Source of the DNA: Octopus sinensis | Taxonomy: Eukaryota | NCBI RefSeq assembly: GCF_006345805.1 | Contig: NC_043003.1 | Location: 39,742,001-39,806,000, forward strand | Length of the DNA stretch: 64,000 bases | Direction of reading: 5' to 3' | Shown: piece by piece, positions 36,014 through 50,867 of the stretch | Layout of the letters: each line of letters opens with the position of its first letter | Numbering within the stretch: position 1 is the stretch's first letter | Program-made: the position numbers and the translations under genes | Notes under the pieces: model-generated | Seen by the model: the letters and a program-made list of their open reading frames with translations, nothing else | Database searches by the model: none | Told to the model about the DNA's origin: nothing

Positions 36014-38087
36014 GTTACATCTATGTTATATATTATCACATTCTCTTTTGTGATGTATCAGTTTTGTGTTTTATAGTATAGATGACAGATGTGTATTATG
36101 TATTATCCTTTTAAGGCGGTGAGCTGGCAGAATCATTAGCATGCCGGTCAAAGTGCTTGGCAGCATTTTGTCCGTCTTCAAATGGTTGGGTCTGTTAGCA
36201 TGGCAGTGAAGTGGCAAATATATAAGAACACCATTGATTTCACCAGTTTTCCTCTGTTATTGTATGTGCTATGTGAATAGTGAGATTGTGTAACTTGTAC
36301 CACCCATGCCAGCATGGAAAAACAGATATCAAATGATGATAAAACAAAATGCAAATAAATCTCCCCTTCAAACTAGAGGTTAAAATGTTCAAATTCTGCC
36401 GGGGTCGACTTTGCCTTTCAACCTTTCAGGGTTGATAAATTAAGTACCAGTGAAACACTGGGGTCAATGCAATCAACTAGTCTCCTCCCCCTCAAATTTC
36501 AGGCCTTGTACCTTTAGTAGAAAGGATTATGTAGTGTCTTCTTGAGAGAGTCAGGTATATGTTGTCTGTGCTCTTCTGAGATTTGTAAGCCTAGTGTTAG
36601 ATATTCTAGACTGGTACTCCATTGGTTATGATGATGAAAGTTACAGTTGATTCAATCAATGAAACAGCTTGCTTATGAAGTTAACATACAAGTGACTGAA
36701 CATTCCATAGACATGCGTACACTCAATCCTTTAGCATTCAAACTGACCATATCCAACCCAAAATAGTCTACCTGTTTTATGTTCTAACTGGCTAGGTCTG
36801 ACCTCTCACAGCTACCTGACAATGTCATTCAAATCATAAACAATAACATCGTTTGAGATAAACAATTACATAAACAATTACCTCATTTGAGATACTGCAT
36901 GATTAATTTTTAAAAATGCTAATTAATAAGCAATATTTTTGACAGAGTAATCTGAATGCTAAAGGGTTAATGTAGTCCTCAGCAAAATTCAGTGTGACAT
37001 ACAATGTGACAAGGCTGGCTCTTTGAACTGAAAGTACTTCTTGATTTTGCCAGCTGAGTGGACAGGAGCAACATGAAATAAAGTGTCTTGCTCAAGGACA
37101 CAACACACCACCAAGACACAACACACCACCAGGAACTGAACTCATGACCTTATGATCACGAGCCAAATACCCTAACCATTAAGCCACACACCTTCATATT
37201 CTATTGTGGGATGTGTCAGGTGCATGTTACATGTTGTCTCCTGAAAGTATCAGCTTTACATTACATATTTTTCACTAAGGTATCAGATCTGTGTTACATA
37301 TTGTTACATGACATATTGTTTTCTGATACATTTTAACCTCTAGTTTGAAGGGGAGATTTATTTGCATTTTGTTTTATCATCTTTTGATATCTATTTTTCG
37401 ATACTGGCATGGGTGGCACAAGTTACACAATCTCACTATTCACATAGCACATACAATAACAGATGAAAACTGGTGAACTCAATTGTTCTCTGGTGTTCTT
37501 ATATATTTGCCACTTCACTGCCATGAAGACCCCAACCATTTGATTAATTATTTGTACACCAGAAAAAACCTTCATGTCATTTCATCCATCTTTACATTTG
37601 GAGTTCAAATTCCACCAGGCTCACTGGACAAGATGCTTTGCAGAATTTCGTCTGTCTTTACGTTCTAAGTTCAAATTTCACTGAGGTTGGCTTTGCCTTT
37701 CATCCTTTCGGAGTTGATAAAATAAGTACCATTTGAGCACTGGGGTCAATTATATTATTGACTTGCCCCTTTCCTTCAAAATTGTAGGCTGTGCCAAAAT
37801 TAGACAGAATTATTATGAATAAGGCTTATTTTTTATATGGTGGCTCATGAGAAAATGTTAATGTACCACTTAGTAACAGCAACACTTACATAATAGAAAC
37901 TGGTATAATTAGACTGTTACAGTTATACATAGTTACAGCAAGCTACAGCTACAGTTACATAGGTAGGTATCGCAGGTAAATTTTTACTTTCCCTCTATCC
38001 TCGCCACTCCTTGTTTAGAAAGATAGATGTAGGGGATCTAGAAAGGAAGAATTAAGATAGGAAAGAGATAAGAGGAGAAAGAGAGAG

Positions 38088-38142
<55 letters not shown>

Positions 38143-38443
38143 AGTGGAGTTGGAAGGAGTGTAGGAATGGAGAAAGTGTGAATAGAAAGAAGCATATAAG
38201 AGTTTGTTAAATGAAGGGACGAAAGAAAGTAGATTAGCAACAACACTATATAGTGGCCATAGTGAAGTATGAATGTGTTTTGACATGTCGATATGGGGAA
38301 GATTTATGTTTGTAGCTTGTAACTATATATATGTATGTGTGTATGTATGTATGTATGCATGTATGTATGTATGCATGTATGTATGTATGTATGTATGTAT
38401 GTATGTGTGTATGTATGCATGCATATATATAAATATGTATATA

Positions 38444-38487
<44 letters not shown>

Positions 38488-38494
38488 TATGCAT

Positions 38495-38557
<63 letters not shown>

Positions 38558-38589
38558 TATAAATTTATGAGTGTGAATATATGTATATA

Positions 38590-38802
38590 TACACTTTTAC
38601 TTTTTTACTCGTTTCAGTCATTTGACTGTGGCCATGCCAGAACACTGCCTTTAGTCAAGCAAATTGATCCCCCAGGACTTATTCTTTGTAAGCCTAGTAC
38701 TTATTCTATCGGTCTCTTGGCTGAACCACTAGGTTACGGGGACGTAAACACACAAGTGATGTTGGGGGGACAAACACAGACACACAAACATATACACACC
38801 CA

Positions 38803-38868
<66 letters not shown>

Positions 38869-39030
38869 TATACAACAGGCTTCTTTCAGTTTCTATCTAC
38901 CAAATCCACTCATGAAGCTTTGGTCGGCCCGAGGCGATAGAAGACATTTGCCCAAGGTGCCATACAGTGGGAATGAACCCGAAACCATGTGGTTGGTAAG
39001 CAAGCTACTTACCACAAAGCCACTCCACAT
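38590..39030 (-). mobile_element. Full-length SINE family A copy in FBXW10 intron 2
   Basis: Reverse complement of the 21687-22125 family. Confidence 0.85.
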
Positions 39031-39048
39031 GTACATTATGTATATATA

Positions 39049-39178
<130 letters not shown>

Positions 39179-40433
39179 TTTTTTCTCTCTAATTTCAGCT
39201 CAGAGCTGCGGCCATGCTGATACATATATTCACATGCACATATATGTATATTCCTATATATGTATGTGTATGTATGTATATATGTATATATATATATATA
39301 GTAAAATAAGGATTGAGATAGAATCAGGTACTTGGAAAGATATGCCCCAGGTAGGGTTGGATAATCTCTGTGGTTTTGGCCTATGGTTGGTGAGCATCAA
39401 ATAGGATATTTTGGTTGTATACACAGAGAAAACCAACCCTATGAGTATTTAGCACCTAGGGGCTGGTCCAAATCTTTTGTTACTTGAAATAGTACATTGT
39501 TGGTATACTCTAGGGTATCCAACAAGTTGTAAATCCCCTCGGTGTTGTATAATCAAATGAATACTAACATACGATGGATAATTGTCAGCTGATTACAGCT
39601 GTTTCGTAGGTAACTTTTTAATAGAAGAATGAGAACATTACTCCTTTACAAAAGACTGTAATCGTCAGATGAGAAGTAATTTTACAGACAAAAGAATATC
39701 CCAAGAATACAGCAATGAATGGGAGAATGACCAACTAAGTTGACCCTGAAGTTTAAGAATATAGTTTTTGAAAGTAATATGATATCTAAGGTCAGCGACC
39801 CGGGTGAGATAGGAATCTGCTTGACTCGTTCTTATGTAGGCTGCTGTGGGTTGTAGGTGATATTTTATTATAGTAGGCTTAGAGCAGTGGGCAGCAACGA
39901 GAGGACCTAATATTAATTAAGGATAATAAGGTTGTGAGTTTAATTGCTGATGGTGTGCTGTGTCCTTGAGCAAGACGCTTTATTTCACTTTGCTCCAGTC
40001 CACTCAGCTGGCAAAAATGAGTTGTACCTGTATTTTAAAGGGCCAGCCTTGTCACATTATGTGTCACCCTGAATTTCCCTGAGAACTATGTTATGGGTAC
40101 ATGTATCTGTGGAGCCACTTGCACATTAATTTCATAAGCAGGCTGTTCTGTTGATTGGATCAACTGGAACCTTCATTGTTGTAACCGACGGAGTGCCAAT
40201 TTACATCCTGTAGAGGTGGAGATAATCTTAATAAGTCAAGAATTCATGTTGTATGGTATTTCATATATCTGTGTTTCTCTGTCATAAAATACTTTGTTAA
40301 GTTTTGCTATTCACCATGGCCTTTGTAGTAAAACAATGATAAAAACTTTTGGTTTTATTTCATTTTGTTGAAGTTTATCATCATTATATAACTGCCAATC
40401 TCTCACCATTTACTCTGCAAACTCCTTCCACAG

Positions 40434-40669
40434 GGAGCAATGTCACACGGTGTAAACCCAACTTATGCAAAAGATATTGATGTAATAGTACCAAATGTCT
40501 GCAGCCAAACATGGAATGTCATTTACAATGGTGAACCAACCATTGATATCTCATCACTCAATGAAGTCAACTTTGAGGCAGCCTTCAGTGGTATATCTAC
40601 CCGTAAAGTGATAATGGAGGAGAAGAATATATTCTGTGGTGCCTACAATGTGATGATATTGCAAAACAA
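40434..40669 (+). CDS. FBXW10: FBXW10-like coding exon 3
   Basis: Acceptor ccttccacag; GAMSHGVNPTYAK...MEEKNIFCGAYNVMIL is an FBXW10-type linker; donor gtaagt at 40670, phase 2. Confidence 0.9.
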
Positions 40670-40804
40670 GTAAGTTTATCATTTGCAATATGTTTACTGG
40701 AAGTTTATCACATACACTACAGGTTTATCAAGAGTTGAATACATATATCATAGCATTTAGCACAGGGACGATATCAAACTGAACAATTTCTTTGACAATA
40801 TCAA

Positions 40805-41510
40805 ATCATCATTGTCGTTTAATGTCCATTTTCCTTGCTGGCATGGGTTGGTTGGCTTGACAGGAGCTGGTATGGCTGAGGGCTGCACTAGGTTCCATAT
40901 TCCGTTTTGGCTTGGTTTTTACAGCTGGATGTTCTTCCTAATACCAACCACTTTATAGAGTGTACTCGGTGCTTTTGACATGACACCATCACCAGTGCTA
41001 TCTATTTGACACCAGCTCCAGTACTTTTTACAAGATACCAGCACCAATGTATTTTATGTGGAGCCAGCACCAAGACTAATGCTTTTCACATGACACCTTG
41101 GTTTTAGGATATCAATTCTGCAATGATGGGCAAATCTTCTTGAGTACAGCAATGTGCTACATATGGTGTTTTGAGATCAGCCTTCAATACTTTGTCACAT
41201 GTCTTACTAGATCTCCCTCTTCCACACCTTCCCTCCACTTTAAGTGATTGGCACTTCTTTATGCAACTGTCCTCATCTTGACCAAATGAACACAGTCTCC
41301 TTCTTGCTCACTGCATATAATTCCTCTTATGCCTAACTTCTCTTACAAAAAATTAGTGGTCTGTCACACATGTACATTAACACTGCACATCCAGAAGAGC
41401 ATACCAGCTTCATTCCTCTTTAGTCTTCACATATCCTCTGCATTCAGGACCCACATCTCAGTACCACATAATATTGCAGCTTGTACACATGTATAATACA
41501 ACCTTCTTTT
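40805..41510 (-). pseudogene. RTE-clade LINE 3' fragment
   Basis: Minus strand: ILCGTEMWVLNAEDM.RLKRNEAGMLFWMCSVNVHV...EKLGIRG, then the (GAT)n-type tail. Confidence 0.8.
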
Positions 41511-42089
41511 CCCTCAGAGGGAGAGGGAGAGAGAGAGGAGAGAGAGAGAGAGAGAGAGACCTTTGATTGCCAATAGGGATAAAGACTCTTCCCATCTATT
41601 GTCTTCAGAATCATTAAAATTTCAAGAAATTAGTGTTTATCTATATGCATGAGAATACATGCGTACACACACATACATGCACACTCATACATACACACAC
41701 ATACACACATACATTCTCACATACATAACACATACATACATGCATACATACATACATACATACATACATACATACTACATACATACATACATACATACAT
41801 ACATACATACATACATACATAAACAATTTCATGATAACTCTCACCTGCAATGTTGTCTTCATTTACTTTACACAATGGGATACTTGTAAATGCTAGCAAA
41901 GACCCAGTCTTCAGCAGTTCATTTGAGATTTAAATATTTGCCACTTATCACTTGTCACACCATTTTCAAATTGTCTAAACAGTGGCTCAAACAAACAAAG
42001 ACTCAGTTTTCAACAGTGTGACAGTATTTCATACTTTCAGCTTTATTTATCCATCCTTATTTATTTTATACTCCGCTCTGGAATTTCAG

Positions 42090-42293
42090 GAGAGATAATC
42101 AACGAGTGATCCATACAGATGGAGGAGAACTGCTTGCAGTCAGCTCCGAAGACCATAAAATCCGTTTCATCAATGCCACCACTGGTAAAGATATTGGTCC
42201 AACTATCTCAGGTCATGCTGGCTCCATCCATTGCCTACATCTCTGTGAAAAGAAGAGGATTATTCTCAGTGGTAGTTATGATACAAGCATCCG
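42090..42293 (+). CDS. FBXW10: FBXW10-like coding exon 4 (WD40)
   Basis: Acceptor atttcag; RDNQRVIHTDGGELLAVSSEDHKIRF...GHAGSIHCL...LSGSYDTSIR; donor gtaaga at 42294, phase 2. Confidence 0.93.
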
Positions 42294-42500
42294 GTAAGAA
42301 AATTCCTACATTTTAAAACACTATTTTCTTCACAAAGAGCAGTATTTCTGATCTATTTTATCTTTGGACTCCTTCCTATTTTACTTCATCTAATGCTGAA
42401 AATATCCTGTTATATTTTTATAAGTACATATTATTAGGAATTGCATAAAAAATTGTTAAAATATTTGTGCATAATAGAAATATAACCAATTTATTGCACA

Positions 42501-42872
42501 CTAGCACTATGACCTGGCAACACCGAGTCATAGTGCTAGTGCATGCATATACAGCTGCGTGTGTGCACACATACATGCAAGTACTGTCCAAATCTCTGAC
42601 CAATCACATACAGCTAGCTGGCATTCAATTGGTGTATCAAGTTTCGGGCATTTTGATTGGGTTTTGGATAGAAAATTCACAAAAAAGTCACTTCTATTGA
42701 TTTTCTAATGGCTTTGCAGGGTGACTGGAGAAATTTAAAGATGTGCACGACCACCCTTGGACAGTTTTGAATGACCATAGAAAGTGCGAGCCCTCTAACT
42801 GAAAAATTGTGTATTTGAATAAAGGATACACACACACACACACCCACAGACATTTTGCCATTTATATAGAGA
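42501..42872 (-). mobile_element. Non-autonomous Helitron, same family as 7780-8140
   Basis: Collinear and highly similar to 7780-8140; same TC start and hairpin-CTAG end. Confidence 0.8.
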
Positions 42873-43599
42873 TAAGTTTTAACAACAAAATCTTATATGA
42901 CCCCCAAGGGCAATATTGACCCTAGTTAAGAACCACTGAGATAGAGTAACAAATAAAGTGTCTTGTATTATTTAGCTATGTCTCTGTACATTTTGAGTTC
43001 AAATCTGCTGAAGCTGACTTCACTTTTTATTAATTTGGGTCAATAAAATGAGTACCAGTTATATATCAGGGTCTATTTAGCCAACTGTGCTCCCTTGCCT
43101 CAAAATCTTTTCTACTCTAGGCACAAGGCCTGAAATTTTGGGGAGAGGGCCACTTGATTAGATTGATCCCAGATCACAATTGGTACTTAATTTATCAACT
43201 CCGAAAGGATGAAAGGCAATGTCAACCTCAGCGGAATTTGAACTTAGAATATAAAATAATACTTTACAAACAAATGGAATTGAAATGACCAACCATATTT
43301 TCTGGCATGCTAGTCAAAATTTTCAAACTGAAATTTACAGCCAATAAAGGTAGTTGATTTATACACCAAAAGGACTTTGGAGGACCAAAAATTCCATGTG
43401 AAATGCAGCAGGGTTTGCAAAGATAGTAATGATGTTTGAGCGTTTACGTTACATGTTTATGCTATATAATACATTGACTTGTATTCTGGAAAATATGGCA
43501 TGTTAGTCAATACAAAAGTTACGCTCACTCTCATATAATAAAAATATTATATGTGTGTTGAACCCAAAATGATGCAAAATTAGGCATACCATTTTTATT

Positions 43600-45760
43600 G
43601 ATTAACATAGGTAATTTAAATTGCATGTTAGTAGTGTACTTCTTCCTCTATACAAAGTTACTTCTCAACAAAGTTTCCATTGCATTTGCACCATCATTGA
43701 ACACAACTCCTGACTCCTCTTTGAAACAATTCAAGTGTACACTGTTCTACGCACTTCTTAACAGCCTCTTTCACCTCATCTATGTCATCAACTAATTGTT
43801 CCTGAAGACTGTCCTTCATTGGACCAATCAGCTTGAAGTCAGAGGGTGTCAGATCTGGGCTGTACATAGGATGAAGAAATTTTGACAAGCCCCATTTGTT
43901 GTTTGATTTTTTGTCGAAGATGTTTATGGTTGCATACTGCCATTGTTAATGTGAATCATTTTTCAGGTTCTTGTTCAGTCACATCCTCTTAGTGGTTTTG
44001 TCTAAGCTTTTTTAGTGTCTTAATGTACTGTTCACTGTTCCCTATACTGTTCACTATATTGTTCACTGTTCACAGTACAGTCATGTTCCAGAAAATAATG
44101 AGAATGATGTCCGTGACATTACATAAGAAAAACAGTTACTATGACTCTCTGTGCCAATCATTGGCTTAGGTTTTGAAAAAGAAGTGACACCATTCTACAG
44201 ACTGAACCTTTGATTCTAGGTCATAAAGATACGTCATCATTTGCTTCAAATGCTTCTAGCAGATTAGTGCAGACTCCTGACCCTCATCTTTGAATCAAGT
44301 GTCATCAGCTGAGGTACCCACTTTACACATGCTTTCCCTTATCCAAAGTCTTCCACTATTAAATTGAAACCACAGTTCAGTTGGGCAGCAGGTTCATGGA
44401 TTAAGATTTGTTTGTCTATGAGAATCACTCATTCATCCACTCACTGGCGTTCCATGTCAGTGTTCACAATTGATGACCTCCAGCCACATAATTTTGTCTT
44501 CAATGCTGGTTTCCTCTTCTTTAAACTTCATCCATTTGAACACATTCATGGAAATGACACAGTGGTGTCATTTTCATGAACAACCTTCATCATCATCATC
44601 ATCATTTAATGTCTGTTGTTCATGCTGGTATGGGTTGGACAGTTTGACCAAGGCTGGAAAGCTGAGGGGCTGCATCAGACTCCAGTCTGATTAGGCATGA
44701 TTTCTACAGCTGGATGCCCTTCCGAATGCCACCCACTCCAAAAATGTAATGGGTGCTTTTACATACCACCAACAGGAGTGCTAGTTGTGTTACACCAGTA
44801 TCTGCATGCCGAGGGTCTCAATCATTTGTCATTGCCTCTGTGAGGCCCAATACTTGAAGGGTGCTTTTTGTGTTCCACTGGCACAGGTACCAGTTACGCG
44901 GCACCAACATTGGGTACATTGCCCAATGCTCGAATGGTGCTCTCACAGAGGTGGAAAAAGTGGAGGGAGTAGAAAAAGAAACAAGAAAACAGAGTGTAGA
45001 AAGGAAGAAGTGTGAAAAATAAATGAAGGCTAACAACAAAAGTGGGTGATTAAAGGTTAGCAGGGGAATGAATGGAAGAAGAGATAAAATGTCAAAGCCA
45101 CTAATATACTCACTGTAGCTATCAAAACGTGTACCCCTCTTTCATGAAGAATTCAAAGATGGTATGTTGTTTTTGTTTGGAATCAATTATTTGCCTGTAA
45201 TAAAGAACAAGAATTACCTGAGAGAAAAAGTTACTCTACTAGCATGTGCAATTTGTATGACTTGAGTCAATTAATAAAGAAGCTTATCAAGCTTTCAATG
45301 ATGAATCTGCATTAAGTATGAGACACTGATTGCTATTTTATACAAACAAATGACAGTAGTTCCGTAATCTACATTTCTACTACATAATGTCCTCTGTTTA
45401 TGATGATTAATTAAGTATTGGGTTATAATAAATGAGAATCAATTCATTCACTCACTGGCAATTCATGTCAGTGTTCATAGTTGATGGCCTCCAAATAGAT
45501 AATTTGTCTTCAATGCTGGTTTCCTCTTCTTTACACTTTTTCGTCCATTTGAACACATTGCTCTTATTAATGGTGTCATTTCCATGAATAACCTGTAGCC
45601 ATCACAACCTGAAGGATTCAAAGATGGTATGTCACTTTTGCTTGAAATCAATTATTTGCTGTAATAAAGAACAAGAAGAATTACCATAGTGAAAAAATTA
45701 CTCTACCAGCAGGTGAAATTTGTATGACCTGTGTCAGTTAATAACGAATTTATACCACTT
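43600..45760 (-). pseudogene. Fragmented mariner transposase with a duplicated 5' portion
   Basis: HPMYSPDLTPSDF...GPMKDSL (43694-43888); YDLESKVQSVEW (~44200-44235); N-terminal FKWMKFKEEETSIEDK at 44410-44560, duplicated at 45440-45590; interrupted by an RTE tail. Confidence 0.75.
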
Positions 45761-46317
45761 TTGTATTACTATTGATATAGTCTTCAAATTATATCTGTTG
45801 TTCATTGGGTTGTAATGAACTGAACATGGTCAGGTCAAATCAGTTTGTGTGGGAATGTGACTAAATAAAAGAGAAAACTGATGCTTGAATATTTACAAAA
45901 TAAATTTTTCAGATGTAGTTAAAATTACATAAGTAAATATCCAGACCACACACATACACATACAGATAAGTACGGATCGAGATTAACTACACACACACAC
46001 ACACAAACACGCGCGCGCGCGCGTGCGCACTCACACATTCCCCTACACAGACGCACACTCACCTGCATACATACACTCATAAACAGGTACATATCTAGAT
46101 TAACTAGTCACATATACAAGCATACATATATCTCAGGATTGTATATGTGCAAACAAATGAACACACTCACACGCACACATACACACACACACATGCATAC
46201 ATACACTTATAAGTAAGCGCATATCTATATTAAATATTCACACATAAAAGCACACATCCATATGTATAAAGTACATATGTGTACACAACACCCACCCACC
46301 CATACACACTCACTTAT

Positions 46318-46349
<32 letters not shown>

Positions 46350-46408
46350 ATGCACACACACACACAGTTGCATATACACAATATTGGTTTCTACTTTCTG
46401 ACTTACAG

Positions 46409-46530
46409 ATGCTGGTCAATAGACAGTGGTCGTTGTCAGAAGATATACCGTGGTCATCGAAGCACAGTCCTGTGTGTTCGTCTTTTCAAAGATGCTGTAG
46501 TATCTGGGTCAAAGGATGCCTCCTGTAGAT
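46409..46530 (+). CDS. FBXW10: FBXW10-like coding exon 5 (WD40)
   Basis: Acceptor acttacag; CWSIDSGRCQKIYRGHRSTVLCV...VSGSKDASCR; donor gtgagt at 46531, phase 1. Confidence 0.93.
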
Positions 46531-46869
46531 GTGAGTTACCATCTTTAATTCACTCTAAAACTTATCTCTCTATTTTTAACTCATTGTTCTCCTTTATTTC
46601 TCCTTTATTCCCATTGTGTTCTTCATTGGAGGGTCTTCCATTAGGTTCATCATTGGAGGGTTCCAAAGAATGCTGGGAGTAGCCTCCAAGGCCTTCTGAT
46701 AATGTATTGCAGCCAATTCTATGAGAGAGAGAGAGAGAGAGAGAGATGGGGAGGGAGGTACTGCTAATAACATTAATCAATGGAATCACAAACATCAAGA
46801 AATATTTTTTGGTATTTGTATGTACTCTTGTTCAATGGCTGCCCTATATTTGTCAACTGTTGCCAGTTT

Positions 46870-47400
46870 TGTACCACTAATTTTATATTAAAAGCCTAAT
46901 GGTGTGAGGTCTGGTAAATGCAGAGGGTATTCTAGTGAACCTCTTTGTCCAGTCCACTTGTTCAGCAAAATCTCATCAAACTAAGCCCTTACATTAGTTA
47001 TGGTTGAATGGGGCCCCCCCATCTTGCTGAAAATAAAAGTTCACATCTCCAAAGCCTTCATGAATGCTTTATATAATACATTGTTGCAGCAAGTCCAAGC
47101 AACCAGAACCAGGCACTGTACCATAAAAAAAAATTGTTCAGTTAATCTTTTTGATTATAATTCACACCAAACTGTAACTCCTGGTAAATTAACATGATGT
47201 TTCTCCATAAAATGTGGATTCTTATATGCCCTATGTGTACAATTGTGGTGATTATTTGAACCATTTAATTTAAATGTAACCTCATCACTCCAAACAATCT
47301 TTGTGGACAGTGTACATCTAATTATCCTACCAATACCACTCACAAAACCCACTCTTTGGCTTATCTTCATGGAGAGCATGGACTATTCTAGGAAAGTAAC
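46870..47400 (-). pseudogene. Tc1/mariner transposase fragment
   Basis: [18 protein letters not shown]...PGVTVWC and FYFQQDGGP on the minus strand. Confidence 0.8.
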
Positions 47401-48832
47401 TTTTCTAATGACAGTGCTCCAAAATGTGATTTGACTCTTGATTTTCAAATTCTTGTTTCATACATTGCCCCTTACATAACATGGAGTTCATTAAAAAATT
47501 AAACATGTACTTATACAAGGAAAAGTATACTGTGACTGGTCCCAAAAGTTGATGGAATATGGCTTGGACAGAACTTTTTAACTACATACTGATCTCAGAG
47601 AGGGGAACCAAGTAACCAGTTCCATTTTAGAAGTCAAAACAAAAACTGAAATCATTATTTATTTCGTAGACTTGGAATATCTGTTACAGCAGCCTTCAAT
47701 ATTTTTCAGTATGACCATGTAGATAGGGAAAGGTAAGATATCAAACAACTAGCTAGAGGAGTTTGCAGTTAGTATCCTGCCACTCAGCACTTCATTGTTT
47801 ACTCAAAACACTTATTCTACTGAAACACATGTGGCAAGTGTCTAGTTATAGACTGGTAACATATCTAGAAAGAGATTATTTTCTCTTATTCACTTAATAC
47901 ATTGTTTTGCTCTGGGATGCTAATTCCTGGTGAAGTTATAAGGCAAGGCCGGATTAAGACCCATAAAAGCCTTTAGCGCTTAAAAGATTTTGGTGCCCTC
48001 CATAAAAGATTATGTTATTCAAAATATAAATAATAAAACCATAAAATAAATTATTTTTTAAAATGAAACAAAAGAAAATTTAAGATGGAAAATAATACTT
48101 ATTTTTGTACACTTTCACTTTATTTATATTTGAAAAGTTTTCTACTTTTTTTTAAATTGTGAAATCTTTGATCAGATCATCACTATGACATCATGAACAC
48201 TTTGAAATTATATTTCCAAGTATATACGCTACTCTGAGTATTATTTTTGCAAGTTTAAAGTGACTTTTTTTTTCTGTGTTGTAAATTATTTATCAGTTAC
48301 CATTTCTGTGGTTCCCCCTTCACTTGATGCCCTAGGCATGTGCTTATTTTGCTTAATGGTTAATCCTGCACTGTTGTAGGGTCACTGTTGTGACAAACAT
48401 GTCTTGAAAATTTACACCTGGTGGAGTCCATTCCTCTTCAAATTCAGGGACGGTCATTTCTCTAAGAAAAAGGTAAAAAATGACAGAAAAAAAAAGATGT
48501 AACAATCAATAGATTTCAATACTAGACATGTACTTTAGTTAGCAGCCCTGAAAGGATGAATAATAAAGTTCACCTTGGTGGTATCTGAACTCAAAGTGCC
48601 AAACTGGATCAAATACCACGAAGCCTTTTATCCAATGCTCTAATACTTCTACTAATTTGTTGCCTCAGCACAAAAGGAACTGGAGATAAATTACAATCCT
48701 ATGCACAGAGAAAGTCTGTGAAAGTAAATCTGTACAATTTTTATGACCCTCTAAACATTGTAGACTTTCTCTTGGATATTATGTTTCGACAATGCATCAA
48801 ATCTCAAATCTTTCAATCTTCTTGTCATTAAG

Positions 48833-48981
48833 TGTGGGACCTGAACACTGGTAAATGTCTGAAGGTTATGCGTCATTTGAAAGCAGTGAGGTCAGTGGCA
48901 ATATCTGGAGAACTCGTTATCAGTGGATGTGATGAGGGTGAAGTGAAGGTTTGGCACCGTGGCACTGGACAAATGGTTAAG
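48833..48981 (+). CDS. FBXW10: FBXW10-like coding exon 6 (WD40)
   Basis: Acceptor cttgtcattaag; WDLNTGKCLKVMRHLKAVRSVAI...SGCDEGEVKVW; donor gtaaca at 48982, phase 0. Confidence 0.9.
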
Positions 48982-49242
48982 GTAACAGCTAACTTAAGCT
49001 TATTTCATTCTTTTTTCCCCACTCCAAATGTTGCCCTATGATTGATTAGTTTTTGCTTCTCGATTGATTTATTATATCCCCCACAACACCTGCTGCTCCT
49101 CCACTTCCTCTCACATTCACATTCTTTCCATATTTTTAACTTCTTTCATGTTTTTATCTTCCTTTTTCCTTATTCCAGCTCTCTCTCTCTCTTTCTCTCC
49201 TTCTTCCTCCCTCCCTCTCACCATCCTCTCTCTCTTCATGTA

Positions 49243-49740
49243 TGATAATGAAATTAATTGTATACAGTGCTCAGGTGCACCACAACTTGTCAGAAAGTGC
49301 ATATAAAGTACATGCAGTAATGTAGAAATGTCTGGAAAGCGAACAATGTATGAGTCAGATACATGCTTGTGTGTGTATGGAGGGGAGAAAATCAAGTGTA
49401 GTGTTGGCGAATCTCAGGAAGCATGGAAGTTTTGAAGGATGCAGTGCTCCGACAACTAACAACTGATGCCGGCAGTTTGTTCCATGCTTCAGCAACTCTC
49501 AGCGTGAAAAAATGTTTCCTGAAGTCATGGGAGCTGTGCTGTTTTCTTACTTTGTAAATATGTCCACGGGTGTTAGATGGGTGGAGTTTGAAAAGGTGCT
49601 CAGAGTTATTGTTTGTACGATGGTTGATAATTTTATGGGTGTCTGCCAAGTCAGCTGCCAGACGTCGGAGTTTCAATGTGTCCATGCCCAGGGAAGTAAG
49701 GCGTTCAGGATATCAATAGATGCATTGAACACCAGGTGAT
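49243..49740 (-). pseudogene. CR1/L2-clade LINE 3' end
   Basis: MDTLKLRRLAADLADTHKII...NTRGHIYKV...RKHFFTLRVAEAWNKLPASVV..STASFK. Confidence 0.88.
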
Positions 49741-50219
49741 GTAATTTAAATCTTCTGCTGCTGCTGTGACATGTGCTTTAGTATGATGTTTAAATCTACC
49801 CTCATCACATTCCCTACTAATTTTAACACTGAGATCACACAAACCTCAGGCTTAGTTTCTCAGACACTTGTGTGACAGCAAAAAGCCTCCTTTTCATGAT
49901 TCATTTTTTTAGTGACCAAAAGAGCAAGTGACAGAGTTTTTATGGCATAAACACACCAGCATCGGTTGGAAGTGATGTTGGGGACACACACATACACACA
50001 CACACACGAACATATACACACACATGCATATATATATATATATATATGACGGGCTTCTTTCAATTTCCATCTACCAAATCCACTCAGAAAGCTCTGGTTG
50101 GCCCGCGGCTATAGCAGAAGACACTTCCCAAGTTGCCCAGAACCATGTGGTTGGTAAGCAAGCTACTTACCACACAGCCACTCCTGCACCTATGATGAAC
50201 TCGTTGATATGACTGGTGT

Positions 50220-50600
50220 GTCCTGAAGCTCCTATCAACGAATTTTGAGTGAGAAAGTGCAAATGAAAAAATTTGCAGCAAAATTTGTACCTTGCTTCCT
50301 CATGGAAGATCAAAAGCTGTCATGAACAGATGGAAGTTGATCTGGATATTTTTTCAAAGGTCATCACTAGTGACAAAAGCTGGTGCTATGGAATTTGCAG
50401 ATGTGGAAGAGGTGAAGAAAAATAATGACAGAGGTGTTAAAAAGCATCACTTCACAAGAGTTCCAGCACTGCTTCCAACAGTGGAAAACATACCTGGACT
50501 GATGCATTGCTTTAAATGGGGAATATTTTGAAGGTGATAAAAGTGTAAACATGTGAATAAAATGATATTGCAAAATTCCACTTTCTTTTTGGTACCCCAT
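50220..50600 (+). pseudogene. Internally deleted mariner fragment
   Basis: QRILSEKVQMKKFAAKFVP, VITSDKSWCY, FADVEEVKK...FQQWK...CIALNGEYFEGDK. Confidence 0.8.
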
Positions 50601-50867
50601 CATATGTAGCAGATAAATTTCTTTCAACAAAGTTCCCATTGTCTTTAAAATGGGAACCAGTAAACTAGTGAGGGAGCTTCTTCCTTGATAGTTAACCCTA
50701 CTCGATATCACAGCTAAATTCTCTTCTGCAAATTCTTAACATTCTTGAAATGGTAATCATATTAGCCAGTGAACAAGCTTCCATATATTTCTTTGATTTG
50801 CTCAATATCTGGACCAGGAAATCTCTATGGAAAGGGAGCCAAACTTTTCCAGGAATGCTTACTATTA

